Virus record (IMG/VR): IMGVR_UViG_3300023184_000070
Location: 1-64,000 of that record
Direction: 5' to 3' (one strand)
DNA from: a virus
DNA length: 64,000 bases
The notes under the pieces are model-generated. The model did not search any database and was not told the DNA's origin. It worked only from the letters and a program-made list of their open reading frames with translations. This document shows positions 1 through 10,375 of this stretch, in pieces. Both the position numbers and the translations under genes were made by a program. Each line of letters begins with the position of its first letter. Positions within the stretch are counted from its first letter, which is position 1.

Positions 1-315
1 GTCTGTGCCGCCACCGCCGCCGCCGCCGCCATATGCTATAACAGTGTCAAAAAGACTATTTGACCCACTTGTTCCTCTTGTTCTTGTTCCTGTGGCGCCA
101 GCACCAATTGTGATTATTGCAGTCGTACCTGCAACGGCATACTCGTTTGACGTTTTAAATCCGCCAGCGCCTCCCCCACCTTGCCCAGCAAGGTTTGTTG
201 CGCCTCCCCCGCCTCCCCCGCCAGCAACCAACAGGTAATTAAATAAAAATCCAGTTGTATAGCTAGTAACCACTAAGCCACCTGTTATTGTCAATCCCGA
301 TATAGTCAGCGCCAT
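1..315 (-). CDS. Glycine-rich virion/tail-associated protein (partial, runs off the left edge)
   Basis: Not in the ORF track. ATG at 315 reads MALTISGLTITGGLVVTSYTTGFLFNYLLVAGGGGGGGATNLAGQGGGGAGG...TIGAG...IAYGGGGGG, the YLLVAGGGGG glycine-rich phage domain. The poly-Pro plus-strand ORF is its antisense shadow. Confidence 0.8.
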   Translation of the reverse strand, partial: MALTISGLTITGGLVVTSYTTGFLFNYLLVAGGGGGGGATNLAGQGGGGAGGFKTSNEYAVAGTTAIITIGAGATGTRTRGTSGSNSLFDTVIAYGGGGGGGGTD

Positions 316-328
316 TTACTCAATTCCA

Positions 329-3127
329 TTAAATGACTGGTGCTGAACTTAAATATTTCACTACAGGGCCAGTAAAATCTAACCAGAATGAGTATGCACT
401 GTTGCTGACATATTCGTACATTCTATCGTTATTGGTATTATACCAAAAATCGCCAGGTGCAGCTGGGGCGGGCGCACTGCTTTGTGTTTTAATACTGCCC
501 GAACTAAATGCCACACCGTTAGCCCAAAATACACCACCAGTAGTAACAACTCGTTCGCCTACGTAGACATTGCCCTGTATACCAGCACCGCCCGCAACCT
601 TTAAGGCACCTGAGGTGGTACTGGTTGATACGGTGTTATTGCTGGTTACGATCTGTTGTGTAGTAGTTCCACTGAATACCCCAGTAGCACCAGTAGCACC
701 AGTTGGGCCTGTTGCGCCGGCAACTCCCGATGGACCTGTTGCACCAATACTTCCGGTATAACCAGTTACACCTGTTGCACCTTTAGGACCCTGCCCACCT
801 TGTATTGAATCCTGAATAGCAATATAATCAATTTGTGTTGCGTGTGCAGCATTACCAGTGTTGCTGTGATATAATCTAACAGTAGCAACTCCGGCCAGTA
901 TATAATTTACACTATTCAATACTTCAAGTGCAAATTGATAATACCCAGCCAAACCAGTATATGATCCTACATTATCCCACGTTGATGTAAGATAATTGTA
1001 TACCTGTATGTAAATTGTATGTCCAGAATTTGTGGTGTAATTGATATTCATTACCACACGGTTAAACTTAACCACGCCCACAAAGCCAACTGTAACAATC
1101 CAAGCTGGGCCAGCATGGGTACCATCAGTTATACTGTACGAGTTGCCATCATTGAATGTTTGTATATCGCTGAGACTACCGGATACATAAACACCATTGG
1201 TCAGTGCAATAGAATCTGCTATATAACTTATTGATTCTGGAGTGGTGCCGCTTGCACCAGTTGGTCCAGTAGCGCCTGTTGCGCCTGTTGCGCCTATTCC
1301 AGTGGGACCAGTGGGCCCAGCCGCGCCCGATGGCCCTGTTACGTTGCCTACATCTGTAAAACTAGATCCAGTCCAAACAGCAAGATGTCCGCTGCTGGTT
1401 AAAACATAGCCATCGCCTAACGTACCAGTGACTGTTGCAGCAGGACCATTTAAGTAAGTGATGTCAGTAACTGAGCCAAGTACTGTAATACTAGTACCAT
1501 CAGTGCCTTTACTACCAACATAACCAATTGGGCCTGTTGCACCTGTTGCACCAGTGGCACCAAAACTTCCAGTGTAGCCAGTTGTACCAATACTACCAGT
1601 ATAGCCTAGACTACCAGTTGCACCAGTTGCGCCGTCACTACCTCTACTGCCAGTATAACCAGTGTCCCCAATTGGGCCCACGATCTTACCAATGTCGTTC
1701 CATTGACCTGTGGCTAAATTCCAAAACCATAAGCTACCATTTAGATGTGCGCCACCGTCGCCAGTGACTACAATCCAACCATAACCAGCATAGTCATTCC
1801 AATTCATTGGGGCGGCTGGCAAATCACCTATAGTTGCTTTTGTTCCTTGCAAAGTAACACTAACACCCTGTGCTCCGGTGTTGCCGGTCGCACCTTGAAT
1901 ACCAGTTGAACCAATGCTACCAGTGTAGCCCCTGGGGCCAGTAGTACCGCTTGCGCCTGTTGATCCGCTGGGACCAATTGGGCCGGTAGGACCACATGCA
2001 CCGGTTGCACCAATTGGACCGGTTGCACCGGCTGGACCTGTTGCACCAGTTAGACCTGTATTGCCTTTACTACCAGTATAGCCTGTTACTTGTGCTGTTG
2101 TTGATGTAAATGCCCAAATATCAGCATCAGTACCATCTGCGCCGTATTGCGCAAATCGTAAATGTACTCCGCCCGGAACTTTAGCTGCATCGGGAATACT
2201 GAATACTTTTTGTAACCATGTATCAGACGGGGTAGCAGAGTACGATACTGTGTACATGGACGTCCATGTACTACCACCATCTGTGCTGTACTCGACTTCT
2301 AAATCTTCTTCAGGAACCTGTGCAGAATCTTTATACACATAGAACATGGCATAGTTAATACCATACAAATATATTCTATATTGGTTGGCAATTGATCTAG
2401 TACCAACGTCTTGATTAAAAACAATAATTGGCGTGTCTGCGGCAACTGCTGCTGTTGTTGTGTAAGACCTTGCGCCCGGGGTTGACCTAATGGCTTTAGT
2501 CAGCGTCACTGCCGAATTCAGCGATATGTCAATGATTGCATACGATGACCCGGTTAGCCCCACAGACCCTGTATAACCAGTTGCACCAAAGCTGCCTGTA
2601 TAACCAGTTGCGCCAACGCTGCCCGTATACCCAGTGACCCCAGTGGGTCCAGTGGGTCCAGTGGCACCAGTACTACCTTTGCTGCCAGTATAGCCCTGTG
2701 GACCTGTAATACCTTGCGCACCTGATAAATCACTTGAGTATACAAACGTAACTCCGTTCCAAAGATACAGTCTAGAATCTTCTGAGTTTTCTACGTTGTT
2801 GGTGTTGATAAGAGCAAATTGCCCCGACACAAACCCATCGGGCGGGATATCCGCCATCATTTCTGCTACAGAAACATAGGTCCTAGCAATGGTAAATGAC
2901 ATACCAGTTTCGCCTTTAGAACCCACATAACCCACGCTGCCAGCATATCCGGCGCTGCCTGTGTAGCCAGTGTTAAAGTACGGAGCGCCATTGGCGTAAT
3001 AGTAGTGGTCAGTGTACACTGACGCTGTGACAATATTTCCGCTGGTGACCACGTTGCCGGTGGCGGCGTCTATATTTAGATTGCCTACCGTGAGGCCATT
3101 TTTTGCTATGAAATTCTTATTGGCCAC
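329..3127 (-). CDS. Collagen-like (Gly-X-Y) tail fibre / virion fibre protein, 932 aa
   Basis: Several GATGPTG/GYTGS triplet-repeat blocks separated by globular inserts; C-terminal PGDFWYNT-type motif; GTG start; TAAATA at 3156-3161. Confidence 0.8.
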   Translation of the reverse strand: MANKNFIAKNGLTVGNLNIDAATGNVVTSGNIVTASVYTDHYYYANGAPYFNTGYTGSAGYAGSVGYVGSKGETGMSFTIARTYVSVAEMMADIPPDGFVSGQFALINTNNVENSEDSRLYLWNGVTFVYSSDLSGAQGITGPQGYTGSKGSTGATGPTGPTGVTGYTGSVGATGYTGSFGATGYTGSVGLTGSSYAIIDISLNSAVTLTKAIRSTPGARSYTTTAAVAADTPIIVFNQDVGTRSIANQYRIYLYGINYAMFYVYKDSAQVPEEDLEVEYSTDGGSTWTSMYTVSYSATPSDTWLQKVFSIPDAAKVPGGVHLRFAQYGADGTDADIWAFTSTTAQVTGYTGSKGNTGLTGATGPAGATGPIGATGACGPTGPIGPSGSTGASGTTGPRGYTGSIGSTGIQGATGNTGAQGVSVTLQGTKATIGDLPAAPMNWNDYAGYGWIVVTGDGGAHLNGSLWFWNLATGQWNDIGKIVGPIGDTGYTGSRGSDGATGATGSLGYTGSIGTTGYTGSFGATGATGATGPIGYVGSKGTDGTSITVLGSVTDITYLNGPAATVTGTLGDGYVLTSSGHLAVWTGSSFTDVGNVTGPSGAAGPTGPTGIGATGATGATGPTGASGTTPESISYIADSIALTNGVYVSGSLSDIQTFNDGNSYSITDGTHAGPAWIVTVGFVGVVKFNRVVMNINYTTNSGHTIYIQVYNYLTSTWDNVGSYTGLAGYYQFALEVLNSVNYILAGVATVRLYHSNTGNAAHATQIDYIAIQDSIQGGQGPKGATGVTGYTGSIGATGPSGVAGATGPTGATGATGVFSGTTTQQIVTSNNTVSTSTTSGALKVAGGAGIQGNVYVGERVVTTGGVFWANGVAFSSGSIKTQSSAPAPAAPGDFWYNTNNDRMYEYVSNSAYSFWLDFTGPVVKYLSSAPVI

Positions 3128-3189
3128 AGTTCATTTTCCCTATAGGCTTGTATGTTATTTATCTAGAATAACCTAAGCTGGGAATTGGG

Positions 3190-3801
3190 TTATCCTTTGC
3201 GGATTACATACCCAATTGGTGTGCTAGAACCCAAAGTAGTTCGCTGATATGTAATTGTAACACTACTGCTGTCACCTTGAGCCAGTAAATCAATGTTGCC
3301 AGTGGTAACGTCTGATGCATAGTTAGCAACTTCGTGATTGCTGTCGCTTAGTAGTACTGCGTACTCGGTAAAAAATGCAGTTGATCCATCGTTAACACAA
3401 TCAATAGTACTAAACTTGTACCTGTTGTTTATGTTGTCTTTTGCAGTCAGCAACCATCTCACTGTAGTAGTCCCAGCTACAGGAACGTAATCGGCCACAA
3501 CTAGATCGTCGGCTACAGTAACTCGCCCATTATAGATATTGCTACTGGTAACGTATGGGCTGCCGTTGGCATAAAACAAATTGTTGGTAAAAACGTTACC
3601 AGTTACTGTTGTTGCTACTTCGACATTACTAGACCATATACGCTGTCCCTGTGGATTTGTAGTTAATACGCTGCCAGCTGGTGCTGTACCCAAATTAGGT
3701 TCAGCTTCCGCTGGCAGTAAAAACTCGTACCGATCTTCACTGACTTCCGTTGGCGGTACTACTACTACTCGGCCGCTGGTAAGAGTGCGGGTATTTTTCA
3801 T
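3190..3801 (-). CDS. Virion structural protein (tail-fibre accessory), 203 aa
   Basis: Intact ORF in a tightly packed operon; shares the NLFYANGSPY motif with neighbouring fibre proteins. Confidence 0.65.
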   Translation of the reverse strand: MKNTRTLTSGRVVVVPPTEVSEDRYEFLLPAEAEPNLGTAPAGSVLTTNPQGQRIWSSNVEVATTVTGNVFTNNLFYANGSPYVTSSNIYNGRVTVADDLVVADYVPVAGTTTVRWLLTAKDNINNRYKFSTIDCVNDGSTAFFTEYAVLLSDSNHEVANYASDVTTGNIDLLAQGDSSSVTITYQRTTLGSSTPIGYVIRKG

Positions 3802-3802
3802 G

Positions 3803-4135
3803 TTATGGATTTACACTTTCAATAACACTAACAACCATCTGACTTGCGCCCGATATCGATGCATTGGCTTTTAATACATCGCCTGTTTGCAAAATTAATT
3901 TGCCACCAATGATGTTCATGGCATCGTGCTTGGGTATTAGGCCATTTTTAATAATGTTTGTGGGTACACTAGATCTAATAAAATCTGATGTTACTGAAAT
4001 TGTGCTTTCGCTAATATTACTAATCTGTGCCAACAAAACAATACTGGTATATCCACCGGGAGTTGTGTAAACTGTACTACTACTTGTAGTTAAGTTTGCT
4101 GTGTATGTTTTAAAAACGTTAATTGCGGTTGCCAT
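3803..4135 (-). CDS. Small virion-associated beta-rich protein (LxLxxGDxL family), 110 aa
   Basis: Operon-packed ORF with KLILQTGDVL; paralogous to 9049-9408 and 21452-21766. Confidence 0.65.
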   Translation of the reverse strand: MATAINVFKTYTANLTTSSSTVYTTPGGYTSIVLLAQISNISESTISVTSDFIRSSVPTNIIKNGLIPKHDAMNIIGGKLILQTGDVLKANASISGASQMVVSVIESVNP

Positions 4136-4137
4136 AA

Positions 4138-5652
4138 TTATCCTTCTAGAGCCAGTATGTATGGTGTCATCATGGCAAACATACTGCGTGTAAAGCTGTC
4201 ACCAGTGATAGAACCCGTTGATTGGTTAATGGTTAAATTTGAACCAATTTTAAAATTACCTTTATGATCAGTACCAGTAAATGTTACTCGACCACCATTT
4301 GTAGCTATTACTTCGTTTGCCTCAACAGGGATTCCCCCGTATTGCGGTAGTGCAGTAGCAGGATTAGTACCTGCACCCACATACTCAAATGTATGTGCGC
4401 TGGCAATAATTGCGCTGCGTTGATAGAATCTCACAGTGGTATTATCGGCCAAACTGTTTACATAAGTTTCTTGTATAGTAACTTCGTATGTTAATCCATC
4501 AACTTGTCTAACTGTGTCAATGCTGTAATAGTTACCATCACCGTCTATGGTCATAGTATGATTAACTTTGGGCTGTCCGCTAAGGCCACGTATTTGAAAT
4601 ACGCCGGCGATGCTTGATCCGTAGGTGTAGCCACTTAGTGCCTCGGCACCTTTACCATCAGCAATCAATCCATAGTTACCAATACTAGAATCACTTCCGT
4701 TTAAGGTACAGAATGCACCAGACTCGCAATGAATACCAATGTCACAAGCAATTGTATAGATATTAACCAATTGACTGTAGCCCAAATTGGTTATGTGTAT
4801 GCCTTTGCCGCCTCGATTAATTATAGTAAAGAATCCTACAATCATTGCTTTGGTACTGGTAGCACTGGTCAAGTTACCGTCAATTTTAACTGCTGTACCT
4901 GTTGTAGTGCTGCTGGTAATATTTTGTATGTAAGGACTCACGTATACATTTTGCGTTGCTGTTGTCGGGTCGTAAGCAAAACCGTTGGCCAAGTAGTCCT
5001 TAATAGTTATACCCCAAACATAACACCCAGCCTTGACATAAAATATATCCGAGGTTGGTGAACTGGGAATTACGGTAACTGTGCGCAGATCGTTGCCAAT
5101 TAAACTTACATTGGCAGGAATGGTAATTGGGTTAATTTCTGTGTATGTACCGGGCGCCACATGTACACTGGTTCCTGAGGTGGCTGCTGCTAGTGCAGAT
5201 TTAATAGTCAACTTGGGAGTGTTAAGTCCACCAATATTGAGGTCATTTCCATTTTTAGCCACATAAATTATATTAGAACTAGATGGAGTAATGTATGGGT
5301 TGCCGTTACTGAATTTTAAATTATCAGTATAAACCGTATTAATATATGCCGATCCAGCAATACCTACACCACCTGCTACAATTAACGCGCCAGTTGTTGT
5401 ACTAGAACTAACGGTGGTGCTGCGTAAATCAATGTCTTGATAAGAAAAATTACCAGTTAACGTAACTGTGTCTAAACTGACATTACTGATGAATGACTGT
5501 ACGTTACCTACTTGTTTGATGGTGTTGTCCGAGTGCTTGACATACAGTATGCCGTCGGCAGTGTTAATGGCCACTTCGCCAACTACAAGATCGTTGGCAT
5601 CTGGAATTTTTCCCGGTACCGCGGACCGTTTTAATTTAATTGTATTTGCCAT
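4138..5652 (-). CDS. Tail-fibre/spike protein with N-terminal tropism-determinant-like domain and pectin-lyase-like beta-helix
   Basis: Start moved to ATG 5652 (MANTIKLKRSAVPGKIP...GEVAINTADGILY, a common fibre N-terminus). IYVAKNGND...TIKSALAAA...VHVAPGTYTE...GNDLR is a typical beta-helix opening. Confidence 0.75.
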   Translation of the reverse strand: MANTIKLKRSAVPGKIPDANDLVVGEVAINTADGILYVKHSDNTIKQVGNVQSFISNVSLDTVTLTGNFSYQDIDLRSTTVSSSTTTGALIVAGGVGIAGSAYINTVYTDNLKFSNGNPYITPSSSNIIYVAKNGNDLNIGGLNTPKLTIKSALAAATSGTSVHVAPGTYTEINPITIPANVSLIGNDLRTVTVIPSSPTSDIFYVKAGCYVWGITIKDYLANGFAYDPTTATQNVYVSPYIQNITSSTTTGTAVKIDGNLTSATSTKAMIVGFFTIINRGGKGIHITNLGYSQLVNIYTIACDIGIHCESGAFCTLNGSDSSIGNYGLIADGKGAEALSGYTYGSSIAGVFQIRGLSGQPKVNHTMTIDGDGNYYSIDTVRQVDGLTYEVTIQETYVNSLADNTTVRFYQRSAIIASAHTFEYVGAGTNPATALPQYGGIPVEANEVIATNGGRVTFTGTDHKGNFKIGSNLTINQSTGSITGDSFTRSMFAMMTPYILALEG

Positions 5653-5753
5653 AGTTATGGTCAATCCTCATGCTATATAGCCAATGCACAAATAAAATCA
5701 GGGGATAAGTCCCCCAATTACTGTCATTTTTGAACTCTAAGTATATTTATTCT

Positions 5754-8700
5754 TTAATAGGTGCCGCCATCAATTGTGTCCGAACTGCCAATGATTTCGT
5801 ACCCATTTTTAAAAATTGTTCCGTTTGTACTAATGTTGCCGCTGACTTGCAGGCGCTGTCCAATACTAACATCACCAGCAACAGATATTGCACCAGTAGC
5901 ATAGTTTCCTGCGGTATAGCTAGTGGTGGCATTAAACACCGCAGTATTTGCACTAATTGCATTGATTCCTAAGGTTTGTGTGCTGTAATCGTATGTAAAT
6001 GCAGACGAACCGACTAAGACATTGCCAGCATTAGCATAAACTATTTGTTTAGATGTTACATTACTGGTGGTTAGAGTACCTGTACTTACTGCATTTGCGG
6101 TAACATTTCCGGTGCTGAGATTACTGGCAGTCAACTGCCCAACATTAAAGTTTGATGCTTGTATGTTGCCAGTTATTGTTAAGTTTCCAGCTACACTGAG
6201 GTCACCTGTGGTAGCATTAAGTGTTATTTTACCAGATCCAATGTTGACGTTAGATGCAATGCCCAAATTACCCGAGTAGGTAACAAGATTGTTAACTGTT
6301 AATGTATTGCTACTGCTGTTATAAGTTAATTGTGCATCGTCAGTTAACTGCCCGCTAGATCCAGCAAATACCACACTACCACTGGCCAAGCTGCTGTCTG
6401 TTACATGACCTGCAGTCAGTGTGTTTACTACTGTTACCCCACCAGGTGCATTTAGTTTGATATAATCGCCGGCGTCATTTCCTGCCAGCAGCTCAAGTAC
6501 TGTGTTTTCACCCGAGTAAGCATAGTATTGGATTCTAGCATAATCGCCAGTGCCCCCACCAGGATTATTTGGAAATATAATGCCCTGGTTAGTATCGGAT
6601 CCTGCACTTGGTTTTATTAGTCCAGCAAAACTATCACCCGTAACTGCGCCAGTAAAATTTCCACCACCTTCTACCCTAATACTTCGTCCAAGGCTCCATG
6701 CGTCATGATTGTAATCATATTCTATTCTTGCAAAACCATCTGCTCCCAAGTTAAGTGATATACCACCGCCTTGCGACTGTGCTGCATTAAGAGAATCTTT
6801 ACCTAACTCTATGTTTAAATCACCAACGCTAATTGTAGTTGCATCAACTGTGGTAGTTGTACCGTGTACTGTTAAATTACCACCAATTATTGCATCACCA
6901 GTGGATTCTAATTTTGTAAATTTACCAGATGATGCCGTTGTTGTTCCTATTGCAACGCCATTGATATTTCCGCCAGTGATAGAAACAAAAGAAGCATCTT
7001 GTGATGCCAGTGTACCAAAGCTGGCGCCACCACTAGTAAATCCCCCAGTGATAGCTAGATTACCCGTAATAATTAAGTTACCAATTGTAGCTTGGTTATT
7101 AACAGATATATTACCAGCTGATATATTACCAGCTGTTGTTATGTTTCTTGTTGCTACTAAATTGTTACCAGAAATGTTACCTGTTGCTGTAACTGATGTT
7201 ACTGATATGCTGCCGCCTGTGATAGTAACTGCGTCAGCATTCTGTGTTGCCATAGTGCCCAACCCAGCGACGCTGGCAACAGGTATTGTATTTGAACTTG
7301 TAGTAGTCGCGCCTAGGCCGCGCAGGTATCCAAAAAAACTAGCTCTACCTGTACCGCCGCTGGCCACTGGTACTATGCCACTGGAAATAGTAATATCACC
7401 AGCTACACCACCGGGATTGGTAATAGTTAAAAACGAACTGGTAGTGGTAACGGCACGCATGGCCAAATTGCCATATGTGGTTCGTGTTAGAATACCTGCT
7501 GAAGAATTTTTTGGCAATCTAGATAATGAAATATTATCTTTGCTGAATATTTGTGTTATAGTTAAATTGGTTCCGTCAACTACAACTGTACCAGTGGTTT
7601 CCAACCTCCATGTACTACCAGCATAGACGGTACCCTCACTTACAATATATTCAGTGCCAGAGTAGATACCAGTGATACTGTTAGAATCAGAACTTCTTAC
7701 CAACGGTACGCCAGTAGCAGTAAACACATACACGCCGTTTTCTGAACTGGTGCTTTGCCCAGTTAACAATACTTTATCATATGTGTTAAGTACTACATCA
7801 TCAAACAATGTAGGAGACGGTGTAGTTATGTTAACTGAACTAGTCGCTGCTGCTCTAACTAGTATAACCGGGGTTGCTGTTTGTCCGGACTGGCGCATCA
7901 TGATGATCTGACGTCCAGCAGTGGTGGTTATGTATAGTGCTTGCCCATCATACTCTATTGCTCCACTAGGGGCGCCACCATTAAGCGTCCCACTCGACAG
8001 TACCAAAGGTACACCACCCGCGGCCTGCGCTGTTAATGTTAGTGTACCATTCAATGTGGAAGTGTTTTGTACGGTTATTCCGTTATAAAAACTAGCAGTG
8101 TTTTGTACCACTAGATCTGTAGTAGTCAATGTTAGTCCAACGCCTAGGCCGCCCACAACAACCAATGCACCAACGTTGATATCACTACTGTCAGTTGAGT
8201 TGTTAATTGTTATTGCTCGAGTTGTACTAGCGCCCCGGGCTGTGACTGTACTTAGAGTTTCTGAGAGGTTAACCCCTGACAAGGCACGGCCATAACTATC
8301 TACAGTAACTGCGGTATATGTGCCCGGACTAATGCCGCTGGTATCTAAATTAATTTGTGATCCAGTCTTAACTAGCCCGTATCCTACAGATAAATTTAAT
8401 GCTGAGCTGCCCCAACGTAAATTACCTGCTCCGTCAGTGGTAAGTGCGTACCCATCTACGCCACCACTGATTGCTAATTGTGTGGGTGCTCCTAAATTAA
8501 TTTGTGATCCGGTCCGTGCTGTTATTGCGTCAACTGCTAGATTTGTAACATTAACATTAGTACTATTAACGGTAGAAATACTAGCAGTAGTACCAGTTTG
8601 CGTAGTAATGGATCCATTGGTAGCAGAAATAGTTCCTACAGTAGCAGTATTGGTTACATTTAGTGAGTTAAATGTGCCTTGTGTGGCAGTAACTGCTATT

Positions 8701-9035
8701 GCGCTGAATTGATTAATGTTACCGCTACTAGCGGTTATGGCGCCAGAATTTTGTATACTTGTACTGCGTATGGCCCCAACACTTAAACTATAAGCAAGCG
8801 TAGCATGTGCTGCGGTGATATTACCCGAGCCAATTAAATTATCTAAATATACATTACCGGTAAGACCAATACCACCTATTATGGTCAAATGTCCAGTTGT
8901 CTTACTGGTACTATTTAACCCACCAGTTAATGTAATCTGATATGGGTAATTGGTTAGTACATTTTTCAGCTGATCGGCTGATATCGTTGATGTGCCAGAC
9001 TGCCGTGTACTAGAAGTGAGACGTAAAATTGCCAT
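5754..9035 (-). CDS. Long tail-fibre protein, 1093 aa
   Basis: Thr/Gly/Ser/Asn-rich GNI/GNL repeats; DKVLLTGQSTSSENGVYV fibre domain; PVASGGTG motif; ends in IDGGTY. Confidence 0.75.
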   Translation of the reverse strand: MAILRLTSSTRQSGTSTISADQLKNVLTNYPYQITLTGGLNSTSKTTGHLTIIGGIGLTGNVYLDNLIGSGNITAAHATLAYSLSVGAIRSTSIQNSGAITASSGNINQFSAIAVTATQGTFNSLNVTNTATVGTISATNGSITTQTGTTASISTVNSTNVNVTNLAVDAITARTGSQINLGAPTQLAISGGVDGYALTTDGAGNLRWGSSALNLSVGYGLVKTGSQINLDTSGISPGTYTAVTVDSYGRALSGVNLSETLSTVTARGASTTRAITINNSTDSSDINVGALVVVGGLGVGLTLTTTDLVVQNTASFYNGITVQNTSTLNGTLTLTAQAAGGVPLVLSSGTLNGGAPSGAIEYDGQALYITTTAGRQIIMMRQSGQTATPVILVRAAATSSVNITTPSPTLFDDVVLNTYDKVLLTGQSTSSENGVYVFTATGVPLVRSSDSNSITGIYSGTEYIVSEGTVYAGSTWRLETTGTVVVDGTNLTITQIFSKDNISLSRLPKNSSAGILTRTTYGNLAMRAVTTTSSFLTITNPGGVAGDITISSGIVPVASGGTGRASFFGYLRGLGATTTSSNTIPVASVAGLGTMATQNADAVTITGGSISVTSVTATGNISGNNLVATRNITTAGNISAGNISVNNQATIGNLIITGNLAITGGFTSGGASFGTLASQDASFVSITGGNINGVAIGTTTASSGKFTKLESTGDAIIGGNLTVHGTTTTVDATTISVGDLNIELGKDSLNAAQSQGGGISLNLGADGFARIEYDYNHDAWSLGRSIRVEGGGNFTGAVTGDSFAGLIKPSAGSDTNQGIIFPNNPGGGTGDYARIQYYAYSGENTVLELLAGNDAGDYIKLNAPGGVTVVNTLTAGHVTDSSLASGSVVFAGSSGQLTDDAQLTYNSSSNTLTVNNLVTYSGNLGIASNVNIGSGKITLNATTGDLSVAGNLTITGNIQASNFNVGQLTASNLSTGNVTANAVSTGTLTTSNVTSKQIVYANAGNVLVGSSAFTYDYSTQTLGINAISANTAVFNATTSYTAGNYATGAISVAGDVSIGQRLQVSGNISTNGTIFKNGYEIIGSSDTIDGGTY

Positions 9036-9048
9036 TGCTAGTTATTGG

Positions 9049-9408
9049 TTATTGGCTTACTTCGTAACTGACAGTTACGTGCATCAAGTCGGTTTGATCT
9101 GAATAGCAACGAAGGCTGTCACCTTCTTCTAAGAATAATGCACTATTTCTGTCCATTACAATTAAACTGTCGCCCGGGCTGATTTGCAAGCGATCTATTA
9201 CTCTAATAGACATACTGTTCCTATAGAAATCCACACTGACTTTGGACGCCGTGGTGCTATCCACGTTGGCTACATACACACTGACTACTTTCACTGATTT
9301 TCCGCTGGCAAATGCATTTGAAAGCAAAACAGTGACGGCCGTACCAATATTTGTAGCAGTCGATCTTCCGTAAACTTGTGTAAGAGCTAATAAATTTGGG
9401 GCGGCCAT
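9049..9408 (-). CDS. Small virion-associated protein (LxLEEGDSL family), 119 aa
   Basis: MAAPNL...VANVD...LFLEEGDSL...VSYE; upstream TAAATA near 9435-9440. Confidence 0.7.
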   Translation of the reverse strand: MAAPNLLALTQVYGRSTATNIGTAVTVLLSNAFASGKSVKVVSVYVANVDSTTASKVSVDFYRNSMSIRVIDRLQISPGDSLIVMDRNSALFLEEGDSLRCYSDQTDLMHVTVSYEVSQ

Positions 9409-9474
9409 ATGGAGTATTTCCTAGATTATTATAGTATTTATGTTGGATTCAATACGCCCCATTCGGGCTAATTT

Positions 9475-10374
9475 TTAAATTTTTGTAATTCTGAAGTAAG
9501 CGCATTTAGGTGTACCTATTTGTCCATGCTGAGTTATTAGTGTCCAGCTGAATGTATCATTCCCTACATAATTCAAATTTGGCACATAGGCAATAGACTG
9601 CCTATCGCCCGTTAATCTAGCATACCCATGCATGGGCTGAGTCAGAACAACAGGTTCTGCATACAATGCATTGGTAATATTTTTATACCAAACAAATTCT
9701 TCAGCAAATCCGCTTACAAACCCAGTAGTATGTATAGTTGATATTCCGGGCCTATTGGGCGGTTCCATATTGGCAGTAAATTCAACGCTGCCAAGAGTGC
9801 TTGTTTTTACTTTAAAATTTCCGTTAAAGTTACTAGGAGAATTACCACTTATAATAACATAACTGTTTGCTTCATATTTGGGGCCTGGCTCAAAACTGAC
9901 GTGATAATTAAACCCTTGCTGATATCCACCAATCACTGGCGTGTTATATATCGCAAGATTTGATACTATAGTTTTTTCTATTAATGCTTGATGATTTTTA
10001 GGATTTAATATTACTGCTGCATAATAGTGCGTAGGCAAGGTATCACATATGGCTAAAATTTCTCCGTTAACTGGGCTAGTAAAAGTAATAGTTGATCCTA
10101 TAATATTAAATTGTTCGTACAAGGTCCCCCCAGTGCTAACAGTTTGCGATTGTGAAGTTACTCTAGAATTAACCAAACGAAATCCGTCAACATAGATTTC
10201 CACCCACTCCGGGGCCGTCGGCTTCCAAGGCAAATTAATTACTGACAAATTAGTTGCGTGTACCGAATATCTAAGTTCTTTTCTATCACCCTCTACTGTA
10301 AGTCTTTTTTTATGCGTGAATCTAACATCAGGTATAAACGGCACTACTACTTTATAATTTTGTACTGGTATCAA
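9475..10374 (-). CDS. Virion structural protein with C-terminal cadherin/Ig-like motif
   Basis: Start moved to TTG at 10374, preceded by GGAGG in the end of the upstream gene. C-terminus LTQPMHG...YVPNLNYVGNDTFSW resembles Ig-like (Big_9/cadherin-type) strands. Confidence 0.6.
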   Translation of the reverse strand: MIPVQNYKVVVPFIPDVRFTHKKRLTVEGDRKELRYSVHATNLSVINLPWKPTAPEWVEIYVDGFRLVNSRVTSQSQTVSTGGTLYEQFNIIGSTITFTSPVNGEILAICDTLPTHYYAAVILNPKNHQALIEKTIVSNLAIYNTPVIGGYQQGFNYHVSFEPGPKYEANSYVIISGNSPSNFNGNFKVKTSTLGSVEFTANMEPPNRPGISTIHTTGFVSGFAEEFVWYKNITNALYAEPVVLTQPMHGYARLTGDRQSIAYVPNLNYVGNDTFSWTLITQHGQIGTPKCAYFRITKI

Positions 10375-10375
10375 A

